A stretch of 64,000 bases of DNA from the NCBI GenBank assembly GCA_965243205.1, contig CBDEUK010000002.1:1696001-1760000 (forward strand). Direction: 5' to 3'. Position numbers and translations under genes: made by a program. The notes beneath the pieces are model-generated. The model made no database searches and was not told the DNA's origin. It saw only the letters and a list, made by a program, of their open reading frames with translations. Position 1 is the first letter of the stretch. Every line of letters starts with the position of its first letter. This DNA is from Gammaproteobacteria bacterium (GTDB lineage: Bacteria; Pseudomonadota; Gammaproteobacteria; Eutrophobiales; Eutrophobiaceae). This document shows, piece by piece, positions 1 through 12,700 of this stretch.

Positions 1-554
1 TCTGGTTCAATATTTTGGTCTGTAATTCCTGTTATTGATCCATTTACAGGAGTAATCAATTCATTGTTATCAGCATACGCATCTGTTTGATGCCTTATTC
101 TCACATCACCACTAATGCGTAATTTTTTCATCCAGTTTGGAATTAAATCCGGTACGCCGAGAATTTCATTCTTAGCATCAGCCATCACTTCATCGACCAC
201 TTCCTGCTTTAACTCTGAACGAACTTGGTCACGAATCTCTTGTTTTACATGATCTGGAACATATTGCACACGTACAGCATCTTCGTCTGCTGCTTTTTGC
301 GCTGCTTGTAACTCTTCATTTTCTTGAGCTTCCTGGGCTGCTTGTACCTTGGCTTTAGCTTCCGCGCGTTGTTTCATTAGATCGGCTTTTTCTTCATCCA
401 ATACACCAGCTACTACCAATTCATCAATCAAATTAACAATGGTATTTTTAATCCCTAACAGTTCTTCGCGTTCGCTTGGCGCATTTGCATCTGCAACAGA
501 TATACAAATTCCAGCTGATATTGTGATTAATATTAATTTTTTTAAATAATTCAT
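1..554 (-). CDS. Putative outer-membrane porin (Porin_5 / PA0696-like), 5' part only; runs off the window edge
   Basis: Manual translation from ATG at 554: MNYLKKLILITISAG...NTIVNLIDELVVAGVL...VRVQYVPDHVKQEIRDQV...PNWMKKLRISGDVRIR. Signal peptide plus the N-terminus typical of putative porins found after tonB in TPS/ExbBD loci. Not in the ORF track because no stop is in the window. Confidence 0.75.
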   Translation of the reverse strand, partial: MNYLKKLILITISAGICISVADANAPSEREELLGIKNTIVNLIDELVVAGVLDEEKADLMKQRAEAKAKVQAAQEAQENEELQAAQKAADEDAVRVQYVPDHVKQEIRDQVRSELKQEVVDEVMADAKNEILGVPDLIPNWMKKLRISGDVRIRHQTDAYADNNELITPVNGSITGITDQNIEP

Positions 555-696
555 ATATATAAGTGATTTTATTTATAAAACACCTGAAATATAAGAATAC
601 ATCAAAAAAATACAAAAACAATATAAAATTTAATAGCTTACAAAGTATTTTTAAAGTTTCTTATGATTACAAACGCATACGCAAGTATGCAAAAAG

Positions 697-1377
697 TTAA
701 ATACGGGATACGACTCTCAATTTGACTGGTTGCGGCATTCCATCAGGAGGGATCAAACCCAGTTTTTTACCACTGGATAGCGCTAATTCTAATGCATCGT
801 CCGTTTTATTATCGCCAGTTCCTTGTACCAAATTGGCCTTTTCTATTCGGCCATCATCTGTAATCCAAACCTCAACAATAACGTTGTAAGCACTGGTTCG
901 AACCGACTCTTGATTTGATAACAAACGAGTTAAGGCTTGCTTCAAGCTTCCAGCAAATCGTTTATAACTACCCTTGCCCTTTCCACAGCCAACGGTACAT
1001 TTTGGCTTGCCCTTCTTTAAACAAAGAGGTCCAGAACAAGCTCCCTCAGCACCATCAGATACAAGATCATCGGATGCGGAATCTAAGTCATCAGATTGAT
1101 CGGGTTCTGGAGCATCTTCAGGCTCCGGTTCTGGTTCGGGTTCTTCGGGTTCAGGCTCTGGTTCTTCCTCAGGAGGGGGTGGTTCCTCTTTTGGCGGAGG
1201 AGGGGGTGGAGGCGGAACAGGTTTAATTTTGAGAATAGTTTCCTTTTTAGGAGGAGGTACTTGAGAGCTTAATGAACCAAAAAATTTCATTGCACCCCAA
1301 ACTAATAATCCCAGTATGATCAATGCTATGATCACAGGGATCATCTTTTTTATCAGTTCTGAACTCTCTTCTGACAT
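697..1377 (-). CDS. TonB/TolA-like energy transducer (TonB C-terminal domain)
   Basis: N-terminal TM anchor, Pro/Glu-Pro-rich linker, C-terminal VEVWITDDGRIEKA...GTGDNKTD...MPQPVKLRV; follows exbD. Confidence 0.85.
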   Translation of the reverse strand: MSEESSELIKKMIPVIIALIILGLLVWGAMKFFGSLSSQVPPPKKETILKIKPVPPPPPPPPKEEPPPPEEEPEPEPEEPEPEPEPEDAPEPDQSDDLDSASDDLVSDGAEGACSGPLCLKKGKPKCTVGCGKGKGSYKRFAGSLKQALTRLLSNQESVRTSAYNVIVEVWITDDGRIEKANLVQGTGDNKTDDALELALSSGKKLGLIPPDGMPQPVKLRVVSRI

Positions 1378-1400
1378 AAGAAATAAAAGCTAATTAATAA

Positions 1401-1814
1401 TTAACCTTTACCGATATTCGCGGTAACAAGTCCAACTTCCGTAATATTCAAACGTCCTAATAAATCCAAAACAGATACAACTTTCTGATACTGGACAGCA
1501 GCATCACCTTTCACAACAACAGGTAGTTCTGGATTAGCCGCTTTTAATGAAGCCAATGCTGCTTCTAATTGTTCAATGGTATACGGCAAAGTATCCAAAT
1601 AAATTTGGCCTGTCGCATCAATAGTAATCGCTTTGGTTTTATTTTCTGCAAGGCTAGGAGCCTTACTGGCTTTCGGTAGATCAACTTTTAAGCCTTGAAT
1701 AGATGCTGTCGTCATTACAATAAAAATAATTAACAACACGTATGCCAAATCCAACATTGGAGTAATGTTAATATCGTCGTAGGGTTCGTTATCACCTTTA
1801 GGGCCTTCTGCCAT
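1401..1814 (-). CDS. exbD: Biopolymer transport protein ExbD
   Basis: DINITPMLDLAYVLLIIFIV TM segment with the conserved Asp; VVKGDAAVQY motif. Confidence 0.9.
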   Translation of the reverse strand: MAEGPKGDNEPYDDINITPMLDLAYVLLIIFIVMTTASIQGLKVDLPKASKAPSLAENKTKAITIDATGQIYLDTLPYTIEQLEAALASLKAANPELPVVVKGDAAVQYQKVVSVLDLLGRLNITEVGLVTANIGKG

Positions 1815-1831
1815 CTCTCTATTCTCCTATA

Positions 1832-3628
1832 CTAACGACCGAATGATTCGGTCATTCGCCCCATAAACTCTTCTGCGAATACATGCATATCCGCTGATAG
1901 TTCTTTAATCTGAGAACCAATATAGTTGTATCCAAATAACGCAGGAATCGCTACACCAAGACCTGCTGTTGTTGCTAAAAGCGCAGCTGCCATACCAGGT
2001 GCAATCGCATTAATATTTACTTCACCCGATGCTGCAATACCTGCAAAGGTCACCATTACTCCAACCACCGTTCCTAATAAGCCAATGAATGGTCCACCTG
2101 AAATTGCGATAGTTAGTAAAACGATTAATGAATTAATTTTTTGACCTTCACGTACCATGGTTGCATCTAATGATGAACGAATCGCACTCAATGATTTCGG
2201 TTCTAGACCAGAGAACTCTGCACCAACAGCAGGTGACATACGTTTGCGTAATTGATTAATACCTTGCTTATAAACTACAAACAAAGGTGATTTGCCATAT
2301 TTTTTATCGGCATTATAAAGCTTGGCAAAGTTCTTTTTATCCGCCCCTAAACTTTCATACGCTTTTAAGAATTTTTTACTAGCACCACGAGCAACCATGA
2401 TCTGGTATGTTTTATAAAACATAATTAAAAAAGCAACGACTGCCATGAAACCACAAAACCCAATAACTATTTGCTCAACAATCGCATGTTCATTATCAAA
2501 TACGTTACTGATAATGATACCGAAATAACCACCACCACCATGATCTCCTTCAGCAGAACCTTCACTGTCTTTTGATTCATCACCACCATAGGCAATCATT
2601 CGAGCTAACTTACCTTGGTTGTCTGCAGTTGCCTTTAACCAACCAGTTGTACGAGCAACAGAAGCGACACGTAGCTCATCCATTTCTCCAACAAAACCTG
2701 TTGGTGTTGCTTCATCAACAACGACAGAATTACCAACTGATAACTGCCCTGTAAGATTCAATGGTTGGATTGTTGTAACTGATGAACTAATACCATTCAC
2801 AAACAATGACATCTGCGTACCTTGAAACACTAAAGCAACATGCTGCCAATCGTTTAATAACAATGGCTGTGAAGGCGAAGATTCAACATCTCCAATTGCT
2901 CCACTGGTTTTAGCAATCAATGCATTACCTTGTTGAATCAAAGAAACAGAACTGGTTCCATCTGAATACTCATAAATAACTGCGCCTTCTGAAGCTGCTT
3001 CAGGTTTGATCCAAGATGAAATCGTAAAACCTGGTTCAGAAATTAAGTTTAATGTTGAAGAGTTTGAAAAAGTAAGTGCTGTAGAGCCGTTAAATTTCGC
3101 ACCTTGTCCAATTAATGAAGCCTTAATAATTTCGGCAGTACTTGACGGATGGTTACCATTATACGTTTTATCTTGTGGGCTGGATGTATCGTCAAAATGA
3201 ATTGCCATAACCTCAGCTTGATCAAAACTACCCGCAACATCATTGCTTGATACAGCTGCCTGATTTCCATAATACATATAGATTTTATCAGTCAAACCAG
3301 CAGCAATTTGTGGAACCTTAACCCATATTAGTGCCATGCTGTTTAATGGGTCGAGTTTTTCTACATGGTGCGTTAATGGAGTTGAATCATCAGCTGCGAA
3401 GAAACGAAGATCAGCACCGCCTTCTTTAACATCAAAAAAATATTCGAAATTACCTTGATGTAAACGAATTAACACCGTCATCTCACCAGCAGGTTCAGTT
3501 AGTTGTAGGCCTGAGTCAGTGGTATCGATGTTAATGACTTTGCGATAGGTCCATTCTTCATTCCACCATGCGGAAACAGAATTAGACAAGACGCACAGCA
3601 GTGCAAACACTGTAAATAAACGGTACAT
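1832..3628 (-). CDS. exbB: DUF2341 + LamG/ConA-like + MotA/TolQ/ExbB proton-channel fusion
   Basis: Signal peptide, then WWNEEWTYRK and DLRFFAADD (DUF2341), WQHVALV...GEMDELRV (LamG), GPFIGLLGTVVGVM...IAPGMAAAL (ExbB). Start moved to ATG 3628, which has a GGAG upstream. Confidence 0.88.
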   Translation of the reverse strand: MYRLFTVFALLCVLSNSVSAWWNEEWTYRKVINIDTTDSGLQLTEPAGEMTVLIRLHQGNFEYFFDVKEGGADLRFFAADDSTPLTHHVEKLDPLNSMALIWVKVPQIAAGLTDKIYMYYGNQAAVSSNDVAGSFDQAEVMAIHFDDTSSPQDKTYNGNHPSSTAEIIKASLIGQGAKFNGSTALTFSNSSTLNLISEPGFTISSWIKPEAASEGAVIYEYSDGTSSVSLIQQGNALIAKTSGAIGDVESSPSQPLLLNDWQHVALVFQGTQMSLFVNGISSSVTTIQPLNLTGQLSVGNSVVVDEATPTGFVGEMDELRVASVARTTGWLKATADNQGKLARMIAYGGDESKDSEGSAEGDHGGGGYFGIIISNVFDNEHAIVEQIVIGFCGFMAVVAFLIMFYKTYQIMVARGASKKFLKAYESLGADKKNFAKLYNADKKYGKSPLFVVYKQGINQLRKRMSPAVGAEFSGLEPKSLSAIRSSLDATMVREGQKINSLIVLLTIAISGGPFIGLLGTVVGVMVTFAGIAASGEVNINAIAPGMAAALLATTAGLGVAIPALFGYNYIGSQIKELSADMHVFAEEFMGRMTESFGR

Positions 3629-3673
3629 GTTACTCCTAAGCAAATACGAAAGTTTTGACTTGAACTTGGGCGG

Positions 3674-3718
3674 ATTATAAAAGATTGCAGCCTGCCTTAG
3701 ATGACAGTTTTGTTACAA
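3674..3718 (-). promoter_or_regulatory. Pho-box-like direct repeat plus -10 box upstream of exbB
   Basis: Minus strand reads TTGTAAC-AAAA-CTGTCAT (3718-3701), with TATAAT at 3679-3674. Confidence 0.5.
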
Positions 3719-3727
3719 TCTGTAGAA

Positions 3728-6700
3728 TTAACCTAAATCTTCAGTGTTTTCTGGCTTGATGTAAGAAACTTCTGCGTTTTCTTCTTCTTCGTCTTCATCC
3801 TCTTCTTCTTCAATATCATCATAACCGAAGCCAAGGATTTCTACAGAGATGAAACTTAATTGCGGCGCTTGCTCCACAACTTCTTCTTCATTTTGTTCAG
3901 AATCGTCCGTTGCAGATTCAGCTGCAGAATTAGTCGCATCATTAGCAACATTACTAGTTCCAGATAAACCAGATGTACTCGTGGCACCACCACCTAAACT
4001 TGCACCATTTACATTGACTGATCCACCATCAATATTACCCGGATTAATAAGTGTTCCAAAAATACTAATATCACCAGATGCTTCAATACCAGCATCTCCA
4101 GCATCAATGACTCCGTTAGGAGCAAGCAATGTAACGGAACCTGCCGTTACTTCTGGATCAATGACTACAGCACGAATACCACTGCCTGATACAGTATTAG
4201 AAATATCAACTATTACTTCCCCTTGGTCATTAATTGATACCAAAGGCTCTGGCGCAGAGATAGCAGATTTTGAACCTTTACCAGCATCAATATTCCCTAT
4301 TGATGACCACATTAAGATATCGCCACCTAATAATGTAGAAACCCTGGACTGGTTGACTAAGAAATCTTCTCTAGAGTAGGTTAAAATACTACCTGTTGAT
4401 TGAGCAACCACTCCTAATAATCTATCTTCATCACCATCCAATGTTACTGGTAAACCAGCATTGACTTCACCACCTGGAACTACAATGTTGATACTTCCAC
4501 CATCCAAGGTATAAGCCTTACTGGAATACATGGTTAAGTCACCTTGGTAATCGGACTGCGCAACTAAATTATCAAAGTATGCTTGTTTTTCAGCATCATT
4601 AGTAAATGATAACTTAGCTGGATCATAAACTTCGGCACGTTCAAACTTTGACTCTGGAAATAATACATCAATTGCTTTAAAGCCTCTGGCAAAAGAACCA
4701 GTCGTATTACTTTCAAAACCCGCAGCACTAAACTCAGAATAATACGCAGAGAATATATTAGGGATAAATTCTTCACCAATAATATCCCACTGCTCTTCTC
4801 TTGAGAGCGCTTGGAAATTTGCAACAGCAATATCGTCAGTAATTTTATTACCATCTCTATCTAATAAATCTTTCCCATCTGCATCTTTTTTAGTAAAACG
4901 ATTATTTAGAAAACTGATCAAATCATCACTATAGACACCATTTTCAGCATCAGTTGATGTAGAGTTTTTGAAAAAGTACTCATTATAAAAATCAAAATAC
5001 CTTGGCCCTTCTCCAACACCTGCTAAAACAAATAAATCAGCCCCATTTTCAGATAAAAAGGTATTGGATAAATTACCTTGAGTCTCAATGCCTTTCGAAC
5101 TACCTAAATCAATATTGCGACCTGCTATGACTTCCACTCTACCAGAACCACCGACACCAATAATATTTCGACTATCATTTAATTTAATATCACGACCTGC
5201 TCTTACCCTAGTGATATCAGAGTCTCGCATGTTATTACCTTGTAACTGTAAACTGATAATATCGTTTCCTGCATCAATTCGAATAGATTCGCGTACTCTA
5301 ACGATACCGCCAGCTCCAGATTTCGCTTCGATATTCCCAGTTTCAGCCACTATGTAACTGGGCATAAAATCATTGATATGTAGAGGGGGATCAGAACGTT
5401 GCTCTAATAGATCATCTAAACGCAGAAGTTTGGTTGTTTCAGTACTTTTGGCAAATGTTTCTAAATAAGGAATGTTTAACAATGGTATTTCTAAAACATC
5501 GATAACACCACTAGTAAAAATATTATTACCAGCAAATAACTCAATACCACCATCATTATCAGAAATTAGGTTAATACCATTATCGATATTTATATCACCT
5601 TTTGCCGCAGTAATATTAAGTTCACCAGGCAAGTATCTAATTAAATCAGAGTTACTCGTACCCCGAGAAAGACTTGTATTGAAATTATTAAGATCCGTAA
5701 ATGATCCATCCAATCTAACATCCCCAGTCAAGCTGGTTAACTTTACAGAGGTATCATTGGTATAAGTAAAGAACAGAGGTTGGCCATCAAAACTAACAGC
5801 CGTTGGGTTGTAAATATGTTGGATATCTATATTACCACCAGCTTGAAGATTTAAACTGCCACCCATAAGTGCCAGCATCGTATCTAAAGTAGTGCCCTCA
5901 CGAGCAGTGATATCACCCACAGCCGTAATATCTGCCACACCATCACCCACAAAAAAGATACCGCCTTTAATATCACCACCAGCATGAACATCAATATTGC
6001 CTTTATTTAAGCGTGTAATTGCATCAGTATCATAATCTCGAGTCAGTAACGTGGGAGCAGAAACCGATAAACGCTCAATATCTTGTCCTGCTTTAACCGT
6101 TACATTACCACCACCAAGAGCAGCAACACCCTGCTTAAAATTAGCAAAATCAATCCAGGTACCTGCATCCTCGTCTACATTACTGACAGTTCCAGTAAAA
6201 GGGTTTCTTAATTCATCTAATTTTTCTTGGCGAACTAACCATTCACTGAAAAGCTGGGTTTTATCTGTGGCACTTGTCGTACCAATAATATTATTACCAG
6301 CAACAAGATTTACATCGCCACCCTCAACCGGAACCCATTTTTCAACTTCAAGAGATGGCTCATTAACTGCTCTGTTATCCAGCTCTTTTCCTATCGATTT
6401 GCCCAGTGAATAAATAGCATTTTGTGCTGTTAATTTGATATCGCCTGAAGCATATAAGTTGATATCTCCAGTACCCGTTCGAATGATAGAGTCATTACTT
6501 AAGATGATATTTCCAGTATTAGCTAAACCAGAAATAGAGTTTATACTTGGCTCCTCAATCGCAAAGATATCAGCAACAAAGTTGTTATTTTGTAGTTCTG
6601 CGCCTGCTACTAAATTTAGATCCCAACTATTCTCGGTCAGACTAAAAACATCAATTGTTGTCGTTGTACCAAATGGACCGGGTATTATCGTAGATTGTGT

Positions 6701-9700
6701 AGTAACTCCATCTGACAAATTACCATCGATATTAATATTACCTGTTGCTCTTGCTGTAAATATTCCTGGTTGGTCATTAAAACGAAATGTTGAAAAATCG
6801 ATATCTTCCGTAACAGTAATATCACCTTGATTACGTGCTTCAATACCAGCCCTTAAATTAAATACTGCACCATCCACACGCTCTATAAAGCTTTCTATGG
6901 CTGCATTGTTAATATCTGTTGCTGCTGCGATAAAATCATTTGCCTCGCTAATAGCTGTAGTCATAAACGAATTGTTTATGATAGATTGCGAGTCATATAC
7001 TTTGACTGCTTCAACAATTGTTTCTTTTGAAGTAATAGTGCTATTGATTTCAGTAATATTTACATCAGTATTGTCGTTGGTTCTTTGAACTCTTAATAAT
7101 ACTTCACCATCACTACCAGAATTGACCGTTGAACCAGCTAATAAATTTAAATTACCCTCTGTTGACTGTAATGATATTTTACCATCAGCTGCACTATTCT
7201 TTGTTGTTGTATCCAGGCTTGCTTGAGAATTTAATGTGACATCATTTCTTGCAATAAGATCAATTTGACCGCCATTGGTTTTATCGGTAGTAAGCAATTC
7301 ACCATCAATAATGATATTTCCATTACCATCTATTCCTTCAGCGGTTAGTTTAATTTGATTGGAGATAATTTTTTCATTGGCAGCAACATTAATATCGCCT
7401 TCTAGTAAACGGATATCTCTTGAACCAGTAAATCCTGCCGTATTTAAATTATCGTTAAGTTGATTAAAACCATTCGTTACACTTGAATCAATAAGAATAG
7501 ATTCTTCCTTGATAATGTTACCATCAACATCCATCTCCTCTTTTTGAAATATACCTTGACCAATTGTTTTAGAGTCAACTTTGATATAACCACCTAACTC
7601 ATCTGCATTCTCACCACGCTGATCAGCTTTAAGATTTGAGTTAATAGTCACATCGCCATTTTGAGCAACAAGTTCCAAACGACCTGCACTTGCACCTACG
7701 CCACCAGATTCTAAATTAAGTCCAACAGCATTAGTATTCGATTGAGCAGCAAAGATATTACCACTATTCGATACAATTCTTATTTGTCCACCAGGTAAAT
7801 TTATTTCTTTGATACCTAAAACATCAATACTTGTTCCTGATACATCAATTCCAGCGTTATCTTTTAATATAACATCGCCATTGGTAGCAACTAACTCAGT
7901 TCTTCCTACTGGTAAGTTCAGGAAGGTATCTAGAGTAACTGAAGAACCTTGAAGCCCAAATGAACCACCAATATCAGCGATAGAGTTTGCAACAGCCTGT
8001 GCAGTTGCGTTACCTATATCTAATTTTCCAGAAGCAACTATCTTACTGTTACTGCCACTCAAAGCAGTTATCCTTGCAGCATCAATATCAAAATCGCCAC
8101 GAACATCTAGTACAGCATTTCTCCCCTGACCAACTATATCTCCATTTACTGTACCTGTTACTTCTTTAAAACCAACAAGAGAGAATTCTCCCTCACCAAT
8201 ATTCAGTTGGTTTGTATCAATATTCAAAGTTCCAGTTGAAGTCAGAGGATCTCCAAGTCTTGTAGAACCAATCGAATTACTAAAAGTAAGCCTATCTGCC
8301 TTTAGAGTAACATTTGCTGTATTTGATTGATCTGCTATCAATCCATTACCAATAAACTCTAGATTATTTTGAGTCATGGTTGTCGTACCAAAAAATGTGA
8401 TATTCCCATCAGTACGTAAAGTAAGATCTGTATTCACTAAATCTGCCAACTTATTATTATCTAAAACCAGACCTGTTGCGGATGGACTAACCTCACCAAT
8501 GTTAATGCCTGGACCTCCTAATTGAATTGAACCTCCCTCTGTAATATCTAAATCTGCTTCTAGGTTGAAATTGCCAGTTGAATCAATTGTTATAGAGTTA
8601 TCTGCAGCAATGGTTGAACCAGCCTGCAGATCCAGAACTGTTGTACTGTTTGGGTTGATGTTGTTACGTTGTAAATCAACTTGTGGATCAGCTGAAACTC
8701 TGACAATGGCACTATCGCCTGATCCATCTTTTATTATTAATGTTTCCTTAGCATTACTTGATGTACCACTACTGCTAATTTCACTACCAGTTGAGACAAT
8801 TAAATTATTTTTTGCAGCAATAATAATTTCATTTCCATTTAACTCTACATTCTCTCCTATCGTTACATTATTAGATGAAACAGTAAGCTCTGTTCCTTCA
8901 GAAGTTATGTCGCGAGTCCCACCAATTAAAATACTTTCCGCCCCCAGCCCATTTAGACTTGAAACTAATAATTCAACTGCATCAGCCACACCTTGTTTGG
9001 TGTTTTCAATATTAATAGCATCAGCAACAATGTTTACTAATGCTCTACGTCCATTTTCTGCAGATGCCAATATATTGCCATCCAATTGAATGCCCGAACC
9101 AGCAATTATATCCAAAGTTCCAGCATCTTGATTTAATCTCGGCTGATTTAAGTCGTTTATAGCTGCTATCTCAGTAACAACCTCATCAGAGTTATTTATA
9201 TCAAATTCACTAAGAGTATTGGCATAACTACCTGGGAAAACAACATATCCAGAGGTAGTACTTTCTTGGATATTCGTTCCTTTAATTGTTTCATACCCAG
9301 CAACTAAAGTTCCTGAATTAAATCCTACGCTTTGGTTTATCGGTAAGTTTTCAAATCCATCAACTTTTTCAATTAAAAATGCACCTGGCAGTAACGCATA
9401 GCGAGCTGGGAGTTTTAGATATTCACCTTCAGGTAAACCACTACTTGCACCCAGGTAAACACTTTCACCTGCAGCTAAATCCCAACGTGAAAATTCCAAA
9501 GAATCATAAGGAGATGAATCTCCAATCAAAGGCAATACAGCAAACCGGTTTTCTGAATTATCCGCCAAGAGAAAATCTTTAGAGCCTCCAGGACCAGGTA
9601 TAAATTCATATGTTATAACCTCACCACCACCCGTGAGATCAACAGTTCCATCCTCAGCAATATTTACTTCATCAGACTCAAAAACAATTCTTTTTTCAGG

Positions 9701-12700
9701 TTTATCTTGCTGTTTCGAAGCTGAATAAAGAACGGTTGGCTGAACAATTTGACCTTGATCGTTCACGCTATCAGAATAGACCCATTCTTGACCTTCATCA
9801 CCAATTCTTGTTTGACCTAGAAAAACAGTTAAACCATCTGTTGAAACGGAAACTTCACTATCTTTTGATAGATTAATTGAGTTTTCTGTCTGAAAAATTA
9901 ATTTTCCGCCTGGTGCTCTAACAACACCAGGATTTACTGAACCAGTATTTGGATCAACTAAACCAATGTTTAGATCACCTGTTTTAAAGGTTAGTTCTCC
10001 GCCTGCAGTTAAGGCTACAGATGAAGCATCTCCTCCAGAAATATTGATTTGTCCATTTGTTCCTGTATCAATCAAAAACTCTGTCTGTGTTGAAGGATAT
10101 AATTGATCAGCAACAATATTCAAAGCTCCGCGCATCGCTAATTGGCCAACAACATCATCCCCTACACCTCGCACTCGTACTTCATTACCACTGGTTAAAT
10201 TAACAATTCCTATGCCTCTTAGAGTATTAATACCAACAATATCAATTAAATTTGCATTAACGTTAAGTTCACCAGAACCTGTAACGGGATCTAAATCACC
10301 ATTTTCTCTACCACGAATGGTTGAACCAATTGATACATAATTAGCATTAAGTGATATAGCACCACCATTAAGAGAAATACCACTTTCATCGAAAGAGTCA
10401 ATCTGAGCTACATCCAAAACAATATCTCTTTTTTGATTTAAAGATATGTCTCCATTAAAAGCTATTACACCTACACCATCAGTTAAGCCTTGACTGATTG
10501 CAGATAACTTAAGTTGTTCAGAACCGTTTGAATTTAACTTCTGCTCAGAAAGAACAATTCTTCCGTTAAGAGTTGGATCAATTATTTCTCCAACTGAATA
10601 TTCAATACCTTCTGAAGTATTATCTCCTGACGCTTTAAGTTGTCTTTGTGATAGTTTAGAAATTTCAATACGTCTTTCAGAATTAAATCCGTCGAATGAA
10701 GCTCGTACACCTCCAGTTTCAGTATTAACTGGTCTTAAATTACTATTGATTTCATAACTTATGCTTCCACCATAAGCTTTGTCATTTGCTGCAGCTAAGT
10801 TTTGTTTTCCATCATCGATAATTCCTTCGCCACTTTTAAATGAGATATTACCGGCTTTACTAGATAAAGTTTTACGCGCTGTTGTTAACGAACTCACACC
10901 GCCAGTAACATCAAATACTCCATTCTTTCCTGATACATCAATTACTGATCCATTTGAAATTTTATTCCCATCACTATCATATTTTTCGCCTAAGGTAATA
11001 ATATATCCGCTGGAACTGACACTGACATTACCTGCATCAATCACTTTCCCTCTACTTAATAATCGATTATCACTAGGTACTGAAATAGACGTTCCGCTTA
11101 CATCTATTATTGAATTATCACCAAAAACAATAGCACTTGACTGATCAAAGAGCTGTTTGGCGTCTCTTTGTAAGTTAATTGTGACATCGGTTCCTGGAGC
11201 AAAAATCCTTCCACCAAAATCAATTAGGCCTCCAGTATCATTGTTAAAATTTATAGCTCCGTTAAAGTCACCATAAATTAAAGCTCCATCCTCAAACACA
11301 AGATCACTTTGTGATGCCGCACTTGTAACATCAGGATCTTTAGAGATAGAAAAATTTATTTTCTGGCCCTCACGCAAATACAATGGATCAAAACCTACAA
11401 CACTATTAGATGGAATTACCCCACCTAACGTAGCGAGACTATTGATATAACCTGAAGTTAACCCAGAGTTTCTATATTTCAAAAGTTTTGGATATGAAAA
11501 AATACTGTTCAAGACTTTAGAAATACTTCCAGAACTTACGGCAGAAGAGTTAGCTGGTAGAAATAAAGAAGGTGTTCTTGATTCAATCAGAGCTGAACTA
11601 TCAATTACAAAATCACCTTTGTTTGAAATTATGTCAAATTCACTAAACCCTGTATCTGAGAAAAGGAAATCTGCTATTACAGTCGAATCTCCGTTTTCAA
11701 CTGATTGACCTTTTAACCATTCTTGAACTGATAAATCTTTAACTTCAATACCGTTGGTTTTTATAGAAAGTTTTCCGCCACCATTAAAGCCATAACCTAA
11801 TAGATGTAAATTTTTATCGATATGAAGTTTGCTGTTTTCATTATTCAATGAAATTTCTACATCACCACCTTTCCCATACTCATGAGTTCCATCAGACTTA
11901 CGTCTTGCACCTCCAAGTGCTAATAATTTTACATTACCGCCTAGTACATCATGTATTCCATCTTGATCTAAATCAAAATCGGCAATCCCGTCTTGATTTA
12001 AATCATTGTCGGGAACTCCATCGTTGTTATTATCTATTGTTAAATCTAAGAAAGAGGCCGTATTATTTTCATCAATTATTCCGCCGATATTTATTTCAGA
12101 GTTTATATTTTCACTCTGGCTACTATCGGCAGACTTGATAAGTATTTTACCTGCATCAAGAACAACAACATTTTTAGGATCTCCTGTTCCGGTAATAACA
12201 GTATTATCATTTGTCCAATTACCACTAACATCAAGCGTGATATTTTCTTTTATAAATGTACCAATATTTTTATTTGAAACATCAACAACATTATCAACAA
12301 ACCGTGAACTAAACTCTAAAATACCACCCAAAGACTGAACATTACGATTGACATTAACTGATTCGCCTTTAAGTCTAAATTCACCACCTGGATTAATGAC
12401 TAAATCGTTACCTTCGGCTAATGTCACATTGCCGTTGCTGTTTATGTTAACCCGATTAAATTTTCCTTCAGTAATAAAATCTGTAGAAAGATAAAGCGTA
12501 TCTTTTACATTACCCAATGACTCTTCACTGGATAATGCATCATTAATACCCGGTCTAAATTCGCCAAATGTTTCGGAAAAATTATTTTCTTGAATAACAA
12601 CATTAGGAGCTTGATAATCAAATCCTGCATTATTAAAACTATTAATATTACCAACGATAAGTTGACCTCCCATCGGCCTTGAGGATAACTCTCTTTGATA

